20,000 nt of DNA from Veleropilina oligotropha (taxonomy: Eukaryota): the NCBI GenBank assembly GCA_048128005.1, contig JBEUKZ010000005.1, forward strand, positions 176,631-196,630. The letters are read 5' to 3'. The position numbers were made by a program, and so were the translations under genes. Below the pieces are notes generated by a model. The model searched no databases. It saw only the letters and a program-made list of their open reading frames with translations, and was not told the origin of the DNA. Positions 1-10,760 of the stretch are shown here, piece after piece. The stretch's first letter is position 1; every line of letters begins with the position of its first letter.

Positions 1-194
1 GATAACAATGGCAAATTAATTCGCAAAGCAAGGACCGGGAGTATAGAGGTGAACGTTCATATTTATAACTGTCATGTCGCTGGTCATATTGTCTTAACAT
101 CACATTAGTCAGTCGCGCTTGGAATGTAGTCCATTGTAAATTGACAATATTTCTTGTATACCGAGTGTATTTGTATAATTAAGGTAAAAGTTGC

Positions 195-865
195 GGCAAT
201 CCTCAGAACGGCGGTCCCAAATTATTAAACCACCCAATTTGACTACAACACGTCGTACTGATTTCTCTCAGTCCTCGATTACAAGAAAATGAAAATGTCC
301 CACATTCTGAATGGAAATTGTGATGGAAATTCCCAGTTCTTAAATTACAAGAAAACGAAAATGTCCCACATTCTGAGTGGAAATTCTTATGGAAATTCCT
401 AGTTCTAGTCTTTAATACGACTCGCATATGGGAGTGGTCGACATTATATAGTACTTAAGTGCATGGTATCAGCCTGGAGAATCAGTATTAACCGTGACAG
501 GAAGACCCCCAACACCGATACATATAACAAATAATGTTTTACCGGCTAACATTCTGGAATCAATTGATTCCATGCCAAAAGCAATATGCGACAGTATGCA
601 TGACCGAATGCAGTGGTTGGTGTGGCTTGCTGAACATAGTTTAATACGCAACAGTAATGACTGCGGGAACTACCGATGTCTTTGGTTCGTTGAGCTGAGT
701 CACCTGGTGGCTATTTCGGATTTTGTACACCTGTTGGAATTTCGAACAACTTTCTGAAGTGTCATTTACGTTTTCCTGTAATTTAGGACTGAGGGGAAGC
801 AGTGCGACGTGTTGTCGTCAAATTAGGTGGTTTAATAATTTGGGACCGCCGTTCTGATGATTGCC
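195..865 (+). mobile_element. Non-autonomous Merlin (IS1595/ISXO2-like) DNA transposon deletion derivative
   Basis: Imperfect ~110-bp terminal inverted repeats start GGCAATC (195-~305 vs ~758-865; ggcggtcccaaattattaaaccacc / ggtggtttaataatttgggaccgcc). The 8-bp flanks aaagttgc (187-194) and gaagttgg (866-873) match 6/8. The internal ORF 494-757 contains WLAEHSLIRNSNDCGN, which resembles the N-terminal Zn-ribbon region of Merlin transposases. The superfamily call is inferred from GG termini plus an 8-bp TSD. Confidence 0.6.
278..406. repeat. Two-copy tandem repeat, period 66 bp, inside the Merlin-like element
   Basis: attacaagaaaa(t/c)gaaaatgtcccacattctga...ggaaattcc(c/t)agttct occurs at 278-340 and 344-406. 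Confidence 0.9.
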
Positions 866-1145
866 GAAGTTGGACCTATAACTGTATTTTACATATATAC
901 CTAGTGTCAATTGCGTGGTCGACAAAAAACGATAGTTAATTTGGTATTGAACAAGCTGGAGACGCGCAACGATACACTTATGATATTTCCATGTGCTACA
1001 CTGACTGTTGTCTACAATGTACACGTGAAAACTTTTGAAGCTCAGTTAATTAATTACAAAAAATGAACCTGCCTCGTATACTTAAATGGTCACTTAATTA
1101 CCATGCTGGTAATGGCATCATGTGGTATTAATTGAATAATCAATC

Positions 1146-1470
1146 AATAATAATAATAATAATAATACTCCGGTCTTATATAGCGCATTATTACGCTAGT
1201 GTCTCAATGCGCTGAACATTATTACCCCTGGTTATGGGCCTGTTCCACTCGATGTACCATCTCAACTCCCTCTGGGAGCATTACAGTCATTTACACGCGG
1301 GTAGCGCCGTGACTTACATAACTGCCAACCAGGTACCCATTCAGATCGGCTGGGTGGACCGAGGCAAATATATGCTTATTTCCTTGCCCAAGTGAAATCG
1401 TCGAGCTTTGGGGGCGAACTCGAGACTCTGTGACCAGAGTCCTGTGAACAACCCACTGAGCCACGACGGC
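1146..1470 (-). mobile_element. Full-length tRNA-derived SINE (Deu/Nin-domain-like core, (TAT)n tail)
   Basis: The minus strand starts gccgtcgtggctcagtgg (A box) and has gagttcgccc (B-box-like). It continues with cttgggcaag...tgcctcggtccacccagc...aatgggtacctgg and ctcccagagggagttgag, and ends gcgctatataag...tattattatta. Confidence 0.85.
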
Positions 1471-1474
1471 ATAT

Positions 1475-1678
1475 ATAATAATAATACTCCGGTCTTATAT
1501 AGCGCATTATTACGCTAGTGTCTCAATGCGCTGAACATTATTACCCCTGGTTATGGGCCTGTTCCATTCGATATGCCATCTCAACTCCCTCTGGGAGCAT
1601 TACAGTCATTTACACGCGGGTAGCGCCGTGACTTACATAACTGCCAACCAGGTACCCATTTAGATCGGCTGGGTGGAC
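1475..1678 (-). mobile_element. 5'-truncated second copy of the same SINE, in tandem
   Basis: Near-identical to ~1155-1359 with few substitutions. It lacks the tRNA head. Confidence 0.9.
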
Positions 1679-1696
1679 ATTGCCCATTTATTTACA

Positions 1697-2077
1697 TCAA
1701 CAAGACAATAATCACTGGGATTAACAATTAGCGCTCCAATGACGCATTAAATGAACGACAAACCATATACGCTTTTTTTGACTTAGAAAATCGGCGAACA
1801 TTCCATGAATCCGTAATAGAATGAAATAAAAGTACGTACTATATTACAATAAAATTTCTTTATTTTCAAATTATGTAATATAATGTATATATCTAGTATA
1901 TAATTTTCGCATTTGCAACAAGATAATGTGCGCACGCATTTTTGCTTGATGTATTTCAATACAAGCAAGATCCGCGATTTCACCAGATACATTAGTCCGC
2001 GAGTTATTTCGATATACAAATATACTATATCGACTACAAAATTTGCGATTTTTCACTTTCCCCGGGTGTCGGGCTAG
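1697..2077 (+). mobile_element. Possible non-autonomous Helitron
   Basis: Termini read A|TC...CTAG|T, with a GC hairpin cccg-ggtgt-cggg just before CTAG. An 18-bp direct repeat ttgcccatttatttacat lies at 1680-1697 and 2083-2100. Confidence 0.4.
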
Positions 2078-2454
2078 TTGATTTGCCCATTTATTTACAT
2101 ATTTCCCTCCATATAAAACAGTTGCAATTTGGATGAATTACTCCCAGACCAATATGGCGGCTACTGTCGCTAGATGCGACACGTGACTTGTGACGTCACC
2201 CCGACTGGGAGAATTACAATATATGCATGCACGTCATGTACGACGTAACGTTGGCCATGAACGATGCAAATAATAACGGGCAATGCAATTTTAATTATTA
2301 ACCTGTTTAATTCAGTCGTAGTTCAACAGGTGATCTTTCACCGCCGCCTGTAACGCTATAATATGATAACGCTATAACACGGTTTCTTTAATAAATATAC
2401 TAGGGGCATATCCATTAACGACCACGCCAACAGTATTTCAGTTATAAAGCAGGT

Positions 2455-2600
2455 CAATCAACTTTGATTGATGAAATGAAGTGGTTCTGTGTGCAATGGA
2501 CGCAGCGAGCATTGGAAAAATCCCCGGCACTCCACTGGATTGAACCCGTGACCTCTCCATTAGTAGACCAGCACCGTATCCACCGGCCATAATGTCCCCT
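2455..2600 (-). mobile_element. Degenerate tRNA-derived SINE-like unit
   Basis: On the minus strand: tggccggtgg (A-box-like), T-arm cacgggttcaatccagtg (B box), then a TTTTT run and a short 3' segment. Confidence 0.65.
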
Positions 2601-2789
2601 CTTTATTGTAATGTTCGTAGGCTGATTTTCACAGCACGGTTCGCGAATGGTTGTGCAAATTACGAATTCATTACAATGCGCGATTTGCGAAACGCGCAGG
2701 TTCGCAATATGCGTGTGACATTGACACCTTGATAGTGTGCATTTACAGTAAGATCTGTTTTATCTCAACACTTCACATAATACATTATA

Positions 2790-3162
2790 AGTTGTCGAAC
2801 GACGACGCGGTAACGTTAAACCACGAGGCGTTAGCCGAGTGGTTTAACGTTAGGCGGTATTCAATTCACCGTGTATACACAGATGTTGCTCGACAACGTA
2901 TTTATCTTGATTTCTGTCTTACCTAGCTTAACAGACTCCCGACTTGTCCCATAACACTATTCAGCATTGTTGCAAATGATCATAGAAGCCATTTACATAG
3001 CAAATGGCGGTTTCAGTAAGGCCGAGTTATTTCCCTTTGACCAGAAAGGAATAATAATATGTGACGACACCGTGGTACAAGGATCCATCAACCACGTCAC
3101 GGCCAGTTAGTAAAATGACGTCAGCCAATCAGAACAGAGGATTCGCGCCGAAATCAAGATAA
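2790..3162 (+). mobile_element. Foldback non-autonomous element, copy A
   Basis: A perfect 14-bp stem (taacgttaaaccac 2811-2824 / gtggtttaacgtta 2839-2852) surrounds gaggcgttagccga, with outer arms gttgtcga/tcgacaac. ttatcttgatttc (2902-2914) is inverted at 3150-3162. Confidence 0.65.
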
Positions 3163-4199
3163 TGAATGATCAATAATGAATCGTTGTTTGGAGGAATATG
3201 ATTTAATATCTCATCAAGCATATATTCAAATAAAAGATAAAGTTGCATAGAAAAGAATCAAATATTTTTGTCAACATTAGCTATAGGCCTAGTAGTTTTT
3301 GAAGGGTGTCGTACATCCTGTCAAAAGCATAAGGAATAAGAAATTTATTAACCCAGTTGCCTATTTATTATCTTTATTAAACTTTAAAACAGATAGTGGT
3401 GTTCAGGCTATCTGTAATTGGTTAATTGTTTCAAATATGCAACAACGAACCCGAATCAACTATAGTATACATCGATAATGTAAATAATACCAGTTATATT
3501 TTTATTTTTTGAAAGGTTGCAATTGCGTACGCCTACTGCTTTTTGCGTTCGTTGTAAGTCGGGAACATAAGCGACTCAAATTAAACAAACGAAATGCAAC
3601 TTGCAACGTATTAAAACGAAATTGTATATTATGCAACTTTATTTTTAATGCAGTATAGGGTCTTTGCATGTCTCGTTGTGTGGTTCAAATCGAAAACACG
3701 TTTCACGAAATTGTACAACATTAAGGCGGCGTAATGCCATGCTTGGGGAAACGCAAATGTTGAAATCGCCAAATGGCTCTAATGAAACTATTTGACAACA
3801 TACAAAAATGATAGAAGACAACGTGATATAAGCGCTTCATGAATTATTTGCTGTATTTTATGTAAACAAATATTTGTATATCCTTGTTGGTCCAGTTTTT
3901 AACGCAATTCGAAAACGTCTCACAATCCATACAAACAATACGACGAACCCCAATCAGCAATGACATAAACCAACAATATCAATAATGCGCAAATTATAAA
4001 ATATATAATTTGTTTATTCCCGATTACAATTGCGTACTTCATTTTAAAGTTAGTCGGAAGTCGTGAACGCATTATCTGAATTTAGGACAACGGCTCTAAT
4101 TATACAAATTAAACCTAACTGGCAACATGCAGAAAATGAAAATGAATAGAAATGATCGATGCTCAAAGTCCAGTATATTTCCAACCATCATTTGGTTCA

Positions 4200-5027
4200 A
4201 ATCAGGACATGTCCATATGACCGAGGGAGGAACGCCAGTACATTCCTTCCATCCAGTTTTGCATTCCATTCTATGCTAGCAAAGAAGTTCCTCATTCCAC
4301 CGTAGTCTCCCTTGTCATACTTGTACTTTTTGTTATACTATGGTTCTCCTGCACTTTACATGTATAGGTAAAGACTAAAGTACAGCGGTCGCTACTTCCA
4401 ACTGGGGCTAGATACTGAATATTTGTCACTATGTTTTCTTCATTAGTAAGTACTAAATCCAGCAGGGACGGTTTCTGATTCCCTCGGAATCTGGTTGGTC
4501 TATCAATATGTTGGGTATGGTAGCAGTCCTTCGAGTTCTCCATGAACTGATCACTATCCGAGTCTTCTTTGTCTGGTGAAACGCAGTTTACCCAGTCTAT
4601 AACTGGGTAGTTAAAATCTCCTACTATTAGTAAATGCTGGGTGTTCTTATCCGATATGTTACGTAACATGGTCTCAAGGGCACGATTATTGTCCCTAGAG
4701 CTAGTTGGGCTTCTATGTACACATCCAAACAATACTTTATTGTTTCTACCGAGAGTTATGCTTATCCATACACATTCTTGAAAGTTTTGTGTACATGTAC
4801 ATTTAAAATCCGCCACACAAAAAACTGATGAAACATATATACATATTCATCTTCCTTCCAAGTTGTGGAAGGGTGGGTGATATCCGGTTATGGTCAGCTC
4901 CGCCTCAGTGAGTTTAGTGTTGCTGTGCTTGGGCTTCACTTCTGTTAATGCTATTGTATCGGGTTCTTGATCCTCTAGTACTGTAGCAAATTTGACCTCT
5001 TTGTCGTTATCACGTCCACATTCGCCG
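4200..5027 (-). pseudogene. LINE ORF2 APE endonuclease domain, disrupted and 3'-truncated
   Basis: Motifs PDTIALTEVKPK, GCVHRSP, IVGDFNYPVIDW, QHIDRPTRFR, SLLDLVLT and GSSDR (SDH motif mutated). Confidence 0.9.
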
Positions 5028-6093
5028 TTAAAATTTGACTCCGCCTCTGTTAAAACTATTCACAGGGGTATCTGATGATTTATGACTATTAATCCGTGCT
5101 CGACGCGCTCCTCCTTTGAAGCTCGTTGCCCTATCCTTTGCTTGGACGATTTTTCCTCTTCTGATAAAAATATCAGTTTCACCCTTCTCTCGTCTGAGTA
5201 GCAGCTCTTTTCTAATTTCCAGTTGCTCTGAACGCTGCATCTTTGTAAGGTCAGGCCCAACATATACCCTCTCAAACTCATAGCTATCTTTTAAAGCCCT
5301 TGCCTTCTTTAGGATCTTACCCTTGAAACTCTTATCCTTCAGTACGACTTTGGTTAGGCGATTTTTTCCCTGTTCCTTTTTACCAATACGAATACACTTC
5401 TCAATAATGTCATCCTCCTCGATTCCCATAGTTTCGAACATCCTGGTCACTGCTTCCACGTCTTCTCTGATTCTATCTTCTGCTTCGACACTGCCCGACT
5501 CTGGGATGTTATAGATCATAACATTACCTTCCCTGTGCTCCCTTTCCTTCTGCTCAGCAATGGTATCACTCACGCTGACATTTTGTAAATGTTCCCCTGA
5601 ATGTGTTCGGGTGCAACTAATTGGGTCCTGATGTTTATTTTCAAGACTTGTGACTCGTGACTCCAGATTATCGACAGATTCGACATTGACCTTTGTTTAT
5701 ATTTTATTCTCAATGCCATCTAGACGGTGTGTAATCGTACTGATATACGCTGCACATCTCTCTTCAATTTCCTTATCGGTTCTAACCGCTGTTATGGTCG
5801 GCTTTTCACAGTCACGACAGAACCAATGTAGATCTTTTCTCTCCACCATTACACTATACACTTCATCACTCATATGTAGACACTCCATGCAAAACCAGTT
5901 TTCACACTCTTCACACTCCATCAGCTTGTCATTTTTATCGCTGAATACCTTGGAGCACTGTACACATGTTACCGAATTGTCAGAGTCATTACTTACTGAT
6001 TGCTTGTTCTGCGACGTTTTTGCCTTTCCTTTATTTATTTGTTTTCCCTTCTTACTGAATTACTTCACCGGAAGTTGAGATTTTTGATTCCAT
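5028..6093 (-). pseudogene. LINE ORF1p (PHD finger + coiled coil + RRM/CTD-like), disrupted
   Basis: CVQC...MECEECENWFCMEC...WFCRDC (PHD-like Cys pattern, ~5810-5970). REHREGNVMIYNIPES...IRIGK...YVGPDLTKMQR (5028-5573) is typical of CR1/L2-group ORF1. The frame is broken between segments. Confidence 0.85.
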
Positions 6094-7007
6094 GATTGAC
6101 CTTCACCTTGTAAGAAACTCTGATATCGATCACTAAACCAATTATAGCAGTGAATATTAGCAGTGGATAGTGTTCATACCCTAGCTATACTTGAGAAAAA
6201 CACCGACACTGATGCACCTTAAGTTTCATAAAATCACCAAATATTTACACACACACTTCACTTGAAATTTACCAAAAATACGGAGGTTTCTTCCTTCCGC
6301 CTTGCCGCTCCCACGCATGCGCACCTGGTATCAGATTATACATGTATATTAATTTAGTATGCTTGACCAGCTTCAGCCCCCCCCCCCCCCCCCCGTATCC
6401 GCCCCTGGTTGAGATATGCTCGCTGACAGACAGACATACGGACAAACCGACCCGATTGCAATACTATATACCGGTGTGGCGAACTTTGAGAGGCAGCGAA
6501 CTATGTGGGGCAGTTGCGATGTCTGCGCATGCGCGGCAATTAGTCTACTGCATGTGTGTTGAAGAGTCAGTTTTGTAATTTGTCGATTAGGCCTATATAC
6601 ACTAGCACTAAATAATACCGTATCAATTATTATAATGTTAATTTTTTATGTATAAATTAACAAGTTAATAGCGTTTCATCCATAATAGCTAGGGTTGTAA
6701 GTAAATTTCCCGTATATATATTTGTATACATGTGCGCGACGGCCTGAAGAAGCGAATATATATAATTATATTTTAATTACACAGACAAACGTGTTTTACT
6801 CATTAATTCGTACATTGCAAATGTCACATAATAATTGGTGCTCTTTCGGGACTTCCCCCCAGATCCGGCTTTTATACATATCTAAGTAGCTCCGGCTTGT
6901 ATTCGTCTTACATTTTCACACTCCGTGTATTATATGCCTTGTCAATTTCTGCGTTGTCGATTTCACGGCCAATTTATAGATGGGTACGTAGTTGTATTGG
7001 CTTTACG

Positions 7008-7787
7008 TATAGGTTACTAATCGGGTTGGAGGTATTCATCGATTTGAAAGACCTGCGCCCGTGCGGATCGTGACACCGAGACCGCGAAGCGGTCGACGTA
7101 TTACCGCACGGAAGAAGGGCTTTCAAATCGATGAATACCGACTAACGAGGTTTGTAACCGACTTAAGCCCCGTTTACATTACCAAATATAAGCCGGTTCG
7201 AAACCGGTTTAAAATAATGCGCATTATATTGGCGTGTCTAAACGCAAATAAGTCGACTTGAACCCGCTTAAAAAGAACCACCTCCTGATGTGGTTTGAAG
7301 CCGGCTTGAGAATTTTAATCCGATCCAGTTTGTAATGTAAACGCGCCAACTGACTTCAAACCGGTTAGCCTCGATTTGAGTCGTATGCCTGTACATGATT
7401 CGACCTGTTGAGCAATGTTTATTTTGGCACTTCGGCAAAACATGCCTCTCGCCGACCTCCGATTACAAGGTGATAACACCCACAGAAATAATCCTTATTT
7501 GTGTCTAAACGCAATTTAACCCGGATTATTATAAACCGGTTCGAAACCGATTTATTTTAATGCGCATTATACTTGGTAGTGTAAACGGGGCTTTACACAA
7601 CGGCCAATTAGCTCCTTTGTTGTCAATTTCTCTTGTGATCAGCTTTAGCCGTCTTGCACGGACGCAGGTCGGTATAGAGTGAAAAGTAGGTCGGTATGGC
7701 TATACCACCCTACATTGGAATCGTCATTGAAAACAAGGTGTTCACGCTGAATACCAACCTCTTCAAAACAAAAGAGCCGTTGTGTAA
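7008..7787 (+). mobile_element. Foldback non-autonomous element, copy B (interrupted by a Harbinger MITE)
   Basis: Perfect 20-bp arms ggtattcatcgatttgaaag (7031-7050) / ctttcaaatcgatgaatacc (7120-7139) flank a central gaccgc-gaa-gcggtc hairpin. ttacacaacggc (7593-7604) is inverted at 7776-7787. Confidence 0.7.
7166..7592. mobile_element. PIF/Harbinger-type MITE
   Basis: TIRs agccccgtttacattaccaaatataa / ttatacttggtagtgtaaacggggct, with a 3-bp TSD TTA at 7163-7165 and 7593-7595. Internal motifs ccggttcgaaaccg and taatgcgcatta are repeated. Confidence 0.88.
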
Positions 7788-8158
7788 AAACGTATATACA
7801 CCGGACCGCCCCGTGAGCCTGGACTGACCGAGGTTCACCTGTTGCTAGTCCTAGGGACATCGCACCTGCCCCACATAGTTCGCTGCCCCTCAAAGTTCGC
7901 CACACCGGTATATTCCAGACTTACCTTCCCCCACCACTACGTGGGCGACGGTAATTCACTACAATATCGTAAAAACCCATGTTACTAGCTAGACCGTAGA
8001 CGTATTAATTTTGAACACCGTTAAAACAAAATTGCTGTAATATAGGATACCTGGAACGGTATACTTTGTAATTATACCACCGGTTGCATACACAACTAGC
8101 GCACCGTAACACGGTCGACATTAAACTATATGTGACCTGTCACTTTTTGGTAATACAG

Positions 8159-8159
8159 T

Positions 8160-8185
<26 letters not shown>
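8159..8185. repeat. (TA)n microsatellite
   Basis: Run of TA dinucleotides. Confidence 0.95.
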
Positions 8186-8190
<5 letters not shown>

Positions 8191-8535
8191 ATTATATTAC
8201 CAAGTGCAAATAACGGAACTATGTTTTGCGTAATTGGGGAAGCTACATATCTTAAAATAATATTATATATCCAAAGAAGCATTGGACGACGAGGTTTGTT
8301 CCAAACTGCTTCCTTGCACCGCATCATCTAAACATGCATGATCATGCACATGACTATTCGCTTTAAAAAAACGATTTCGCTATGTTGCTTGGTTTGTAAC
8401 TTTGCTTTATCATTTTATGTTCACCAAGTTTGGTAATTTTTCATCCTTATCGCAATCAGAACACCCGGTTTAAATAATATCAAGTATGTAGGCTACATGT
8501 ATGCATATGAACTGATGAATTTCAGGGCTTAGTGT

Positions 8536-9626
8536 AATCGGCGAAGCAAACTTCCATGCGAACTTTTAATCAGACTACGAAACGGCGAACGAAACGAAAC
8601 GAACATTTGAAGGGTTGATGAATAACGTATGATTTAAATTATATATTACGACACGTTTGTTATATTATGTGTATACATATTTATATATATGCGAGCGACA
8701 TTGATGCTATTAGTAATAGGGTACGTGAACGACAGATTCACTCATGAATCAGGACATCAGTCGACCTATATATGAATACCGGCTACTTCGAACTCCTGCT
8801 GATTCGGAACCTCATTGTTTATAATCTCGGCTCATTCACATCTTATACTGATTCGGACACAGGGGCATGTAACGCTGTTTATCGTTCGGCTGTTTCCGTT
8901 TGACGATTAGCGCAGTTCATTGTTACTATATAATATAGACAAGGGAGGTCACTAAGGACGGTACACATACTTTACCTTCCCAACATTTCACTGAATTATT
9001 TCATTTGTCACAAGATGTTGGTTCGAATAGTGACCAATGACCAGCATGTGCTGCTCTCTAGTCGATAACATGACGAATAAATGACAAATTACGCGTATTT
9101 AACACTCGGCGTTAACACTATCGAGAACAAGGTTGTTCAACAAACAATATATTTAAAAATTAACTTACACACCTCTTGCAAACAACTACTAAGTCTCTCT
9201 TGTAAACAACAATTAAATAAACGGGACGCATATGCTTCGATCTTCTTCCCGAATTTGACATATTCGAACCAGCATCTTGTGACAAATGAAATAATTCAGT
9301 GAAATGTCTGAATGCCGGGTAAAGTATGTGTCCCGTCCTTAGTGACCCCCCTTGTCTATATTATATAGTAACAATGAACTGCGCTAGTCGTCAAACGGAA
9401 ACAGCAGAACGATAAACAGCGTTACATGCCCCTGTGGATTCGGACCTCACCTCCATAAGCTGTCTCAAATAAAATATGCGTCATACAATGTCGTTTATGT
9501 GTTGTTAACACTTATTGCGTAACATATAATTAAATGCTATTTATCAACCCTTCTAATATTCGTTTCGTTTCGTTCGCCGTTTCGTAGTCTGATTAAAAGT
9601 TTGCATGGAAGTTTGTTTCGCCGATT
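8536..9626. mobile_element. Older long-TIR element hosting the 8858-9436 MITE
   Basis: ~110-bp imperfect inverted repeats: aatcggcgaagcaaacttccatgcgaacttttaatcagactacgaaacggcgaacgaaacgaaacgaa (from 8536) against its reverse complement ending at 9626. No clear TSD. Confidence 0.75.
8858..9436. mobile_element. MITE with ~172-bp TIRs and 8-bp TSD (P-element-like; hAT not excluded), copy 1
   Basis: Termini CACAGGGG...CCCCTGTG. Perfect TSD gattcgga at 8850-8857 and 9437-9444. Confidence 0.9.
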
Positions 9627-9719
9627 TAACGTAATTAAACAAAAGCGATATATATTATTATATATATATAATTATTATATTATACCGGAATGTTCGTGTC
9701 GTTTTATTTACCTATAGTA

Positions 9720-10760
9720 ACATACCTTTAGTAAGCAGGTAAGGGTCATTTGGTAGGCGATTAGGGTATTTAGACCCGTTAGCTAAGTAGTTTGAATCTC
9801 TTCGTCTTTGTTGAGTTCAGTTTCTACTTCATATAGTGGCGCGATGCATGAGACAGGGATGGTGCGTGCCACAGGGGCCCGTAACGTTGCTTACCGTTTG
9901 TCTGTTTCCGTTTGGCGCAGTTCATTGTTACTATATCATATAGACAAGGGAGGACACTAAGGATGGGACACATGATGAATCATCCCGACATTTCACTGAA
10001 TTATTTCATTTGTCAAAAGTTGTTGGTTCGAATATGTCAAATTCGGGAAGAAGGATCATATGTGTCCCATTTATTGAGTTGTTGTTTACAAGAGAGACTT
10101 AGTAATTGTTTGCAAGACGTATGTAAGTTCATTTTTCAATATATTGTTTGTTGAACAACCTAGTTGTCGATAGTGTCAACGCCGAGTGTTAAATACGCGT
10201 AATTTGCAATTTATTCGTCATGTTATCGAGTAGAGAGCAGCACACGCTGGTCATTGGTCACTATTCAAACCAACATCTTTTGACAAATGAAATAATTCAG
10301 TGAAATATCGGGATGATGCATCATGTGTCCCATCCTTAGTGTCGTCCCTTGTCTATATTATATAGTAACAATGAACTGCGCCAATCGTGAAACGGACACA
10401 GATGAACGATAAGCAACGTTACGGGCCCCTGTGGTGCGTGCACCACTAATAGGAAAACTGGTAATCGTATAAGTTGGGATGCTGCAGCCATTCTCTTGAT
10501 AGACGGCCTTTGAAGGCGTTGACCGTTGCCGCATTTACAGTATCCTGGCTCAGGCTGTTCCAAACAGGAGTGACTCTGCTGGTGAAGTAGTGCTTCCTGA
10601 TACCAGACTGGCGTTGTACTTGCAGCTTTAGACTGTTGCCTCTTAATTGTGCGCGTTCCCAGGGATGGCTGTAGCAATGTTGTTTTGTTCGCCATTGCAT
10701 AGGCTGATTTACTGTTCTCAACAAAGTTCGCTCTGCCGATTACACCGGCATGACACACTT
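9720..10760 (-). mobile_element. 3' end of a CR1-type LINE (ORF2 C-terminus 10446-~10760 plus probable 3'UTR, split by MITE copy 2)
   Basis: RGNSLKL...RKHYFTSRVTPVWNSL...VNAATVNAFKGRL..W matches the CR1 ORF2 C-terminal signature. The extent of the 3'UTR (to ~9720) is inferred. Confidence 0.8.
9870..10433. mobile_element. Same MITE family, copy 2, opposite orientation
   Basis: Termini CACAGGGG...CCCCTGTG. Perfect TSD gtgcgtgc at 9862-9869 and 10434-10441. The internal segment is the reverse complement of copy 1's. Confidence 0.9.

Larger units (their letters stand above)
4200..6325 (-). mobile_element. 5' half of a CR1-type LINE (5'UTR, PHD-type ORF1, APE endonuclease); RT absent
   Basis: ORF1 has a PHD finger and a C-terminal RxGK/YVGPDLTKMQR motif, followed directly by APE endonuclease motifs. 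The copy has several frameshifts and stops. Boundaries are approximate. Confidence 0.9.
6471..7908. mobile_element. Non-autonomous TIR DNA transposon with TA target site (Tc1/mariner-like)
   Basis: 53-bp TIRs with 2 mismatches: ccggtgtggcgaactttgag...gcgatgtc (6471-6523) and gacatcgc...gttcgccacaccgg (7856-7908). TATA lies on both sides. Confidence 0.85.
6409..7956 (+). mobile_element. Helentron/DINE-1-like (HINE) terminal fragment split by the 6471-7908 insertion (parts ~6409-6470 and ~7909-7956)
   Basis: gagatatgctcgctgacagacagacatacggac...gattgcaatac resumes after the MITE as ttaccttccccaccactacgtgggcgacggtaatt, i.e. a (GACA)n microsatellite followed by a terminal hairpin. Confidence 0.45.

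Noticed and set aside
5650..6078. 142-aa plus-strand ORF
   Set aside because: It is the antisense shadow of LINE ORF1.
6377..6408. Poly-C followed by gtatccgcccctg, resembling one end of a CAGGGGCGGAT-type MITE
   Set aside because: No matching opposite end or TSD in the window.
8270..8340. Possible additional upstream exon of the FN3-SPRY gene (EALDDE|gtttgt)
   Set aside because: No convincing polypyrimidine acceptor and no domain similarity; it cannot be supported without transcripts.
4200..10760. The two CR1 fragments as one element split by insertions
   Set aside because: On the minus strand the 3' fragment comes before the 5' fragment, so they are not collinear.
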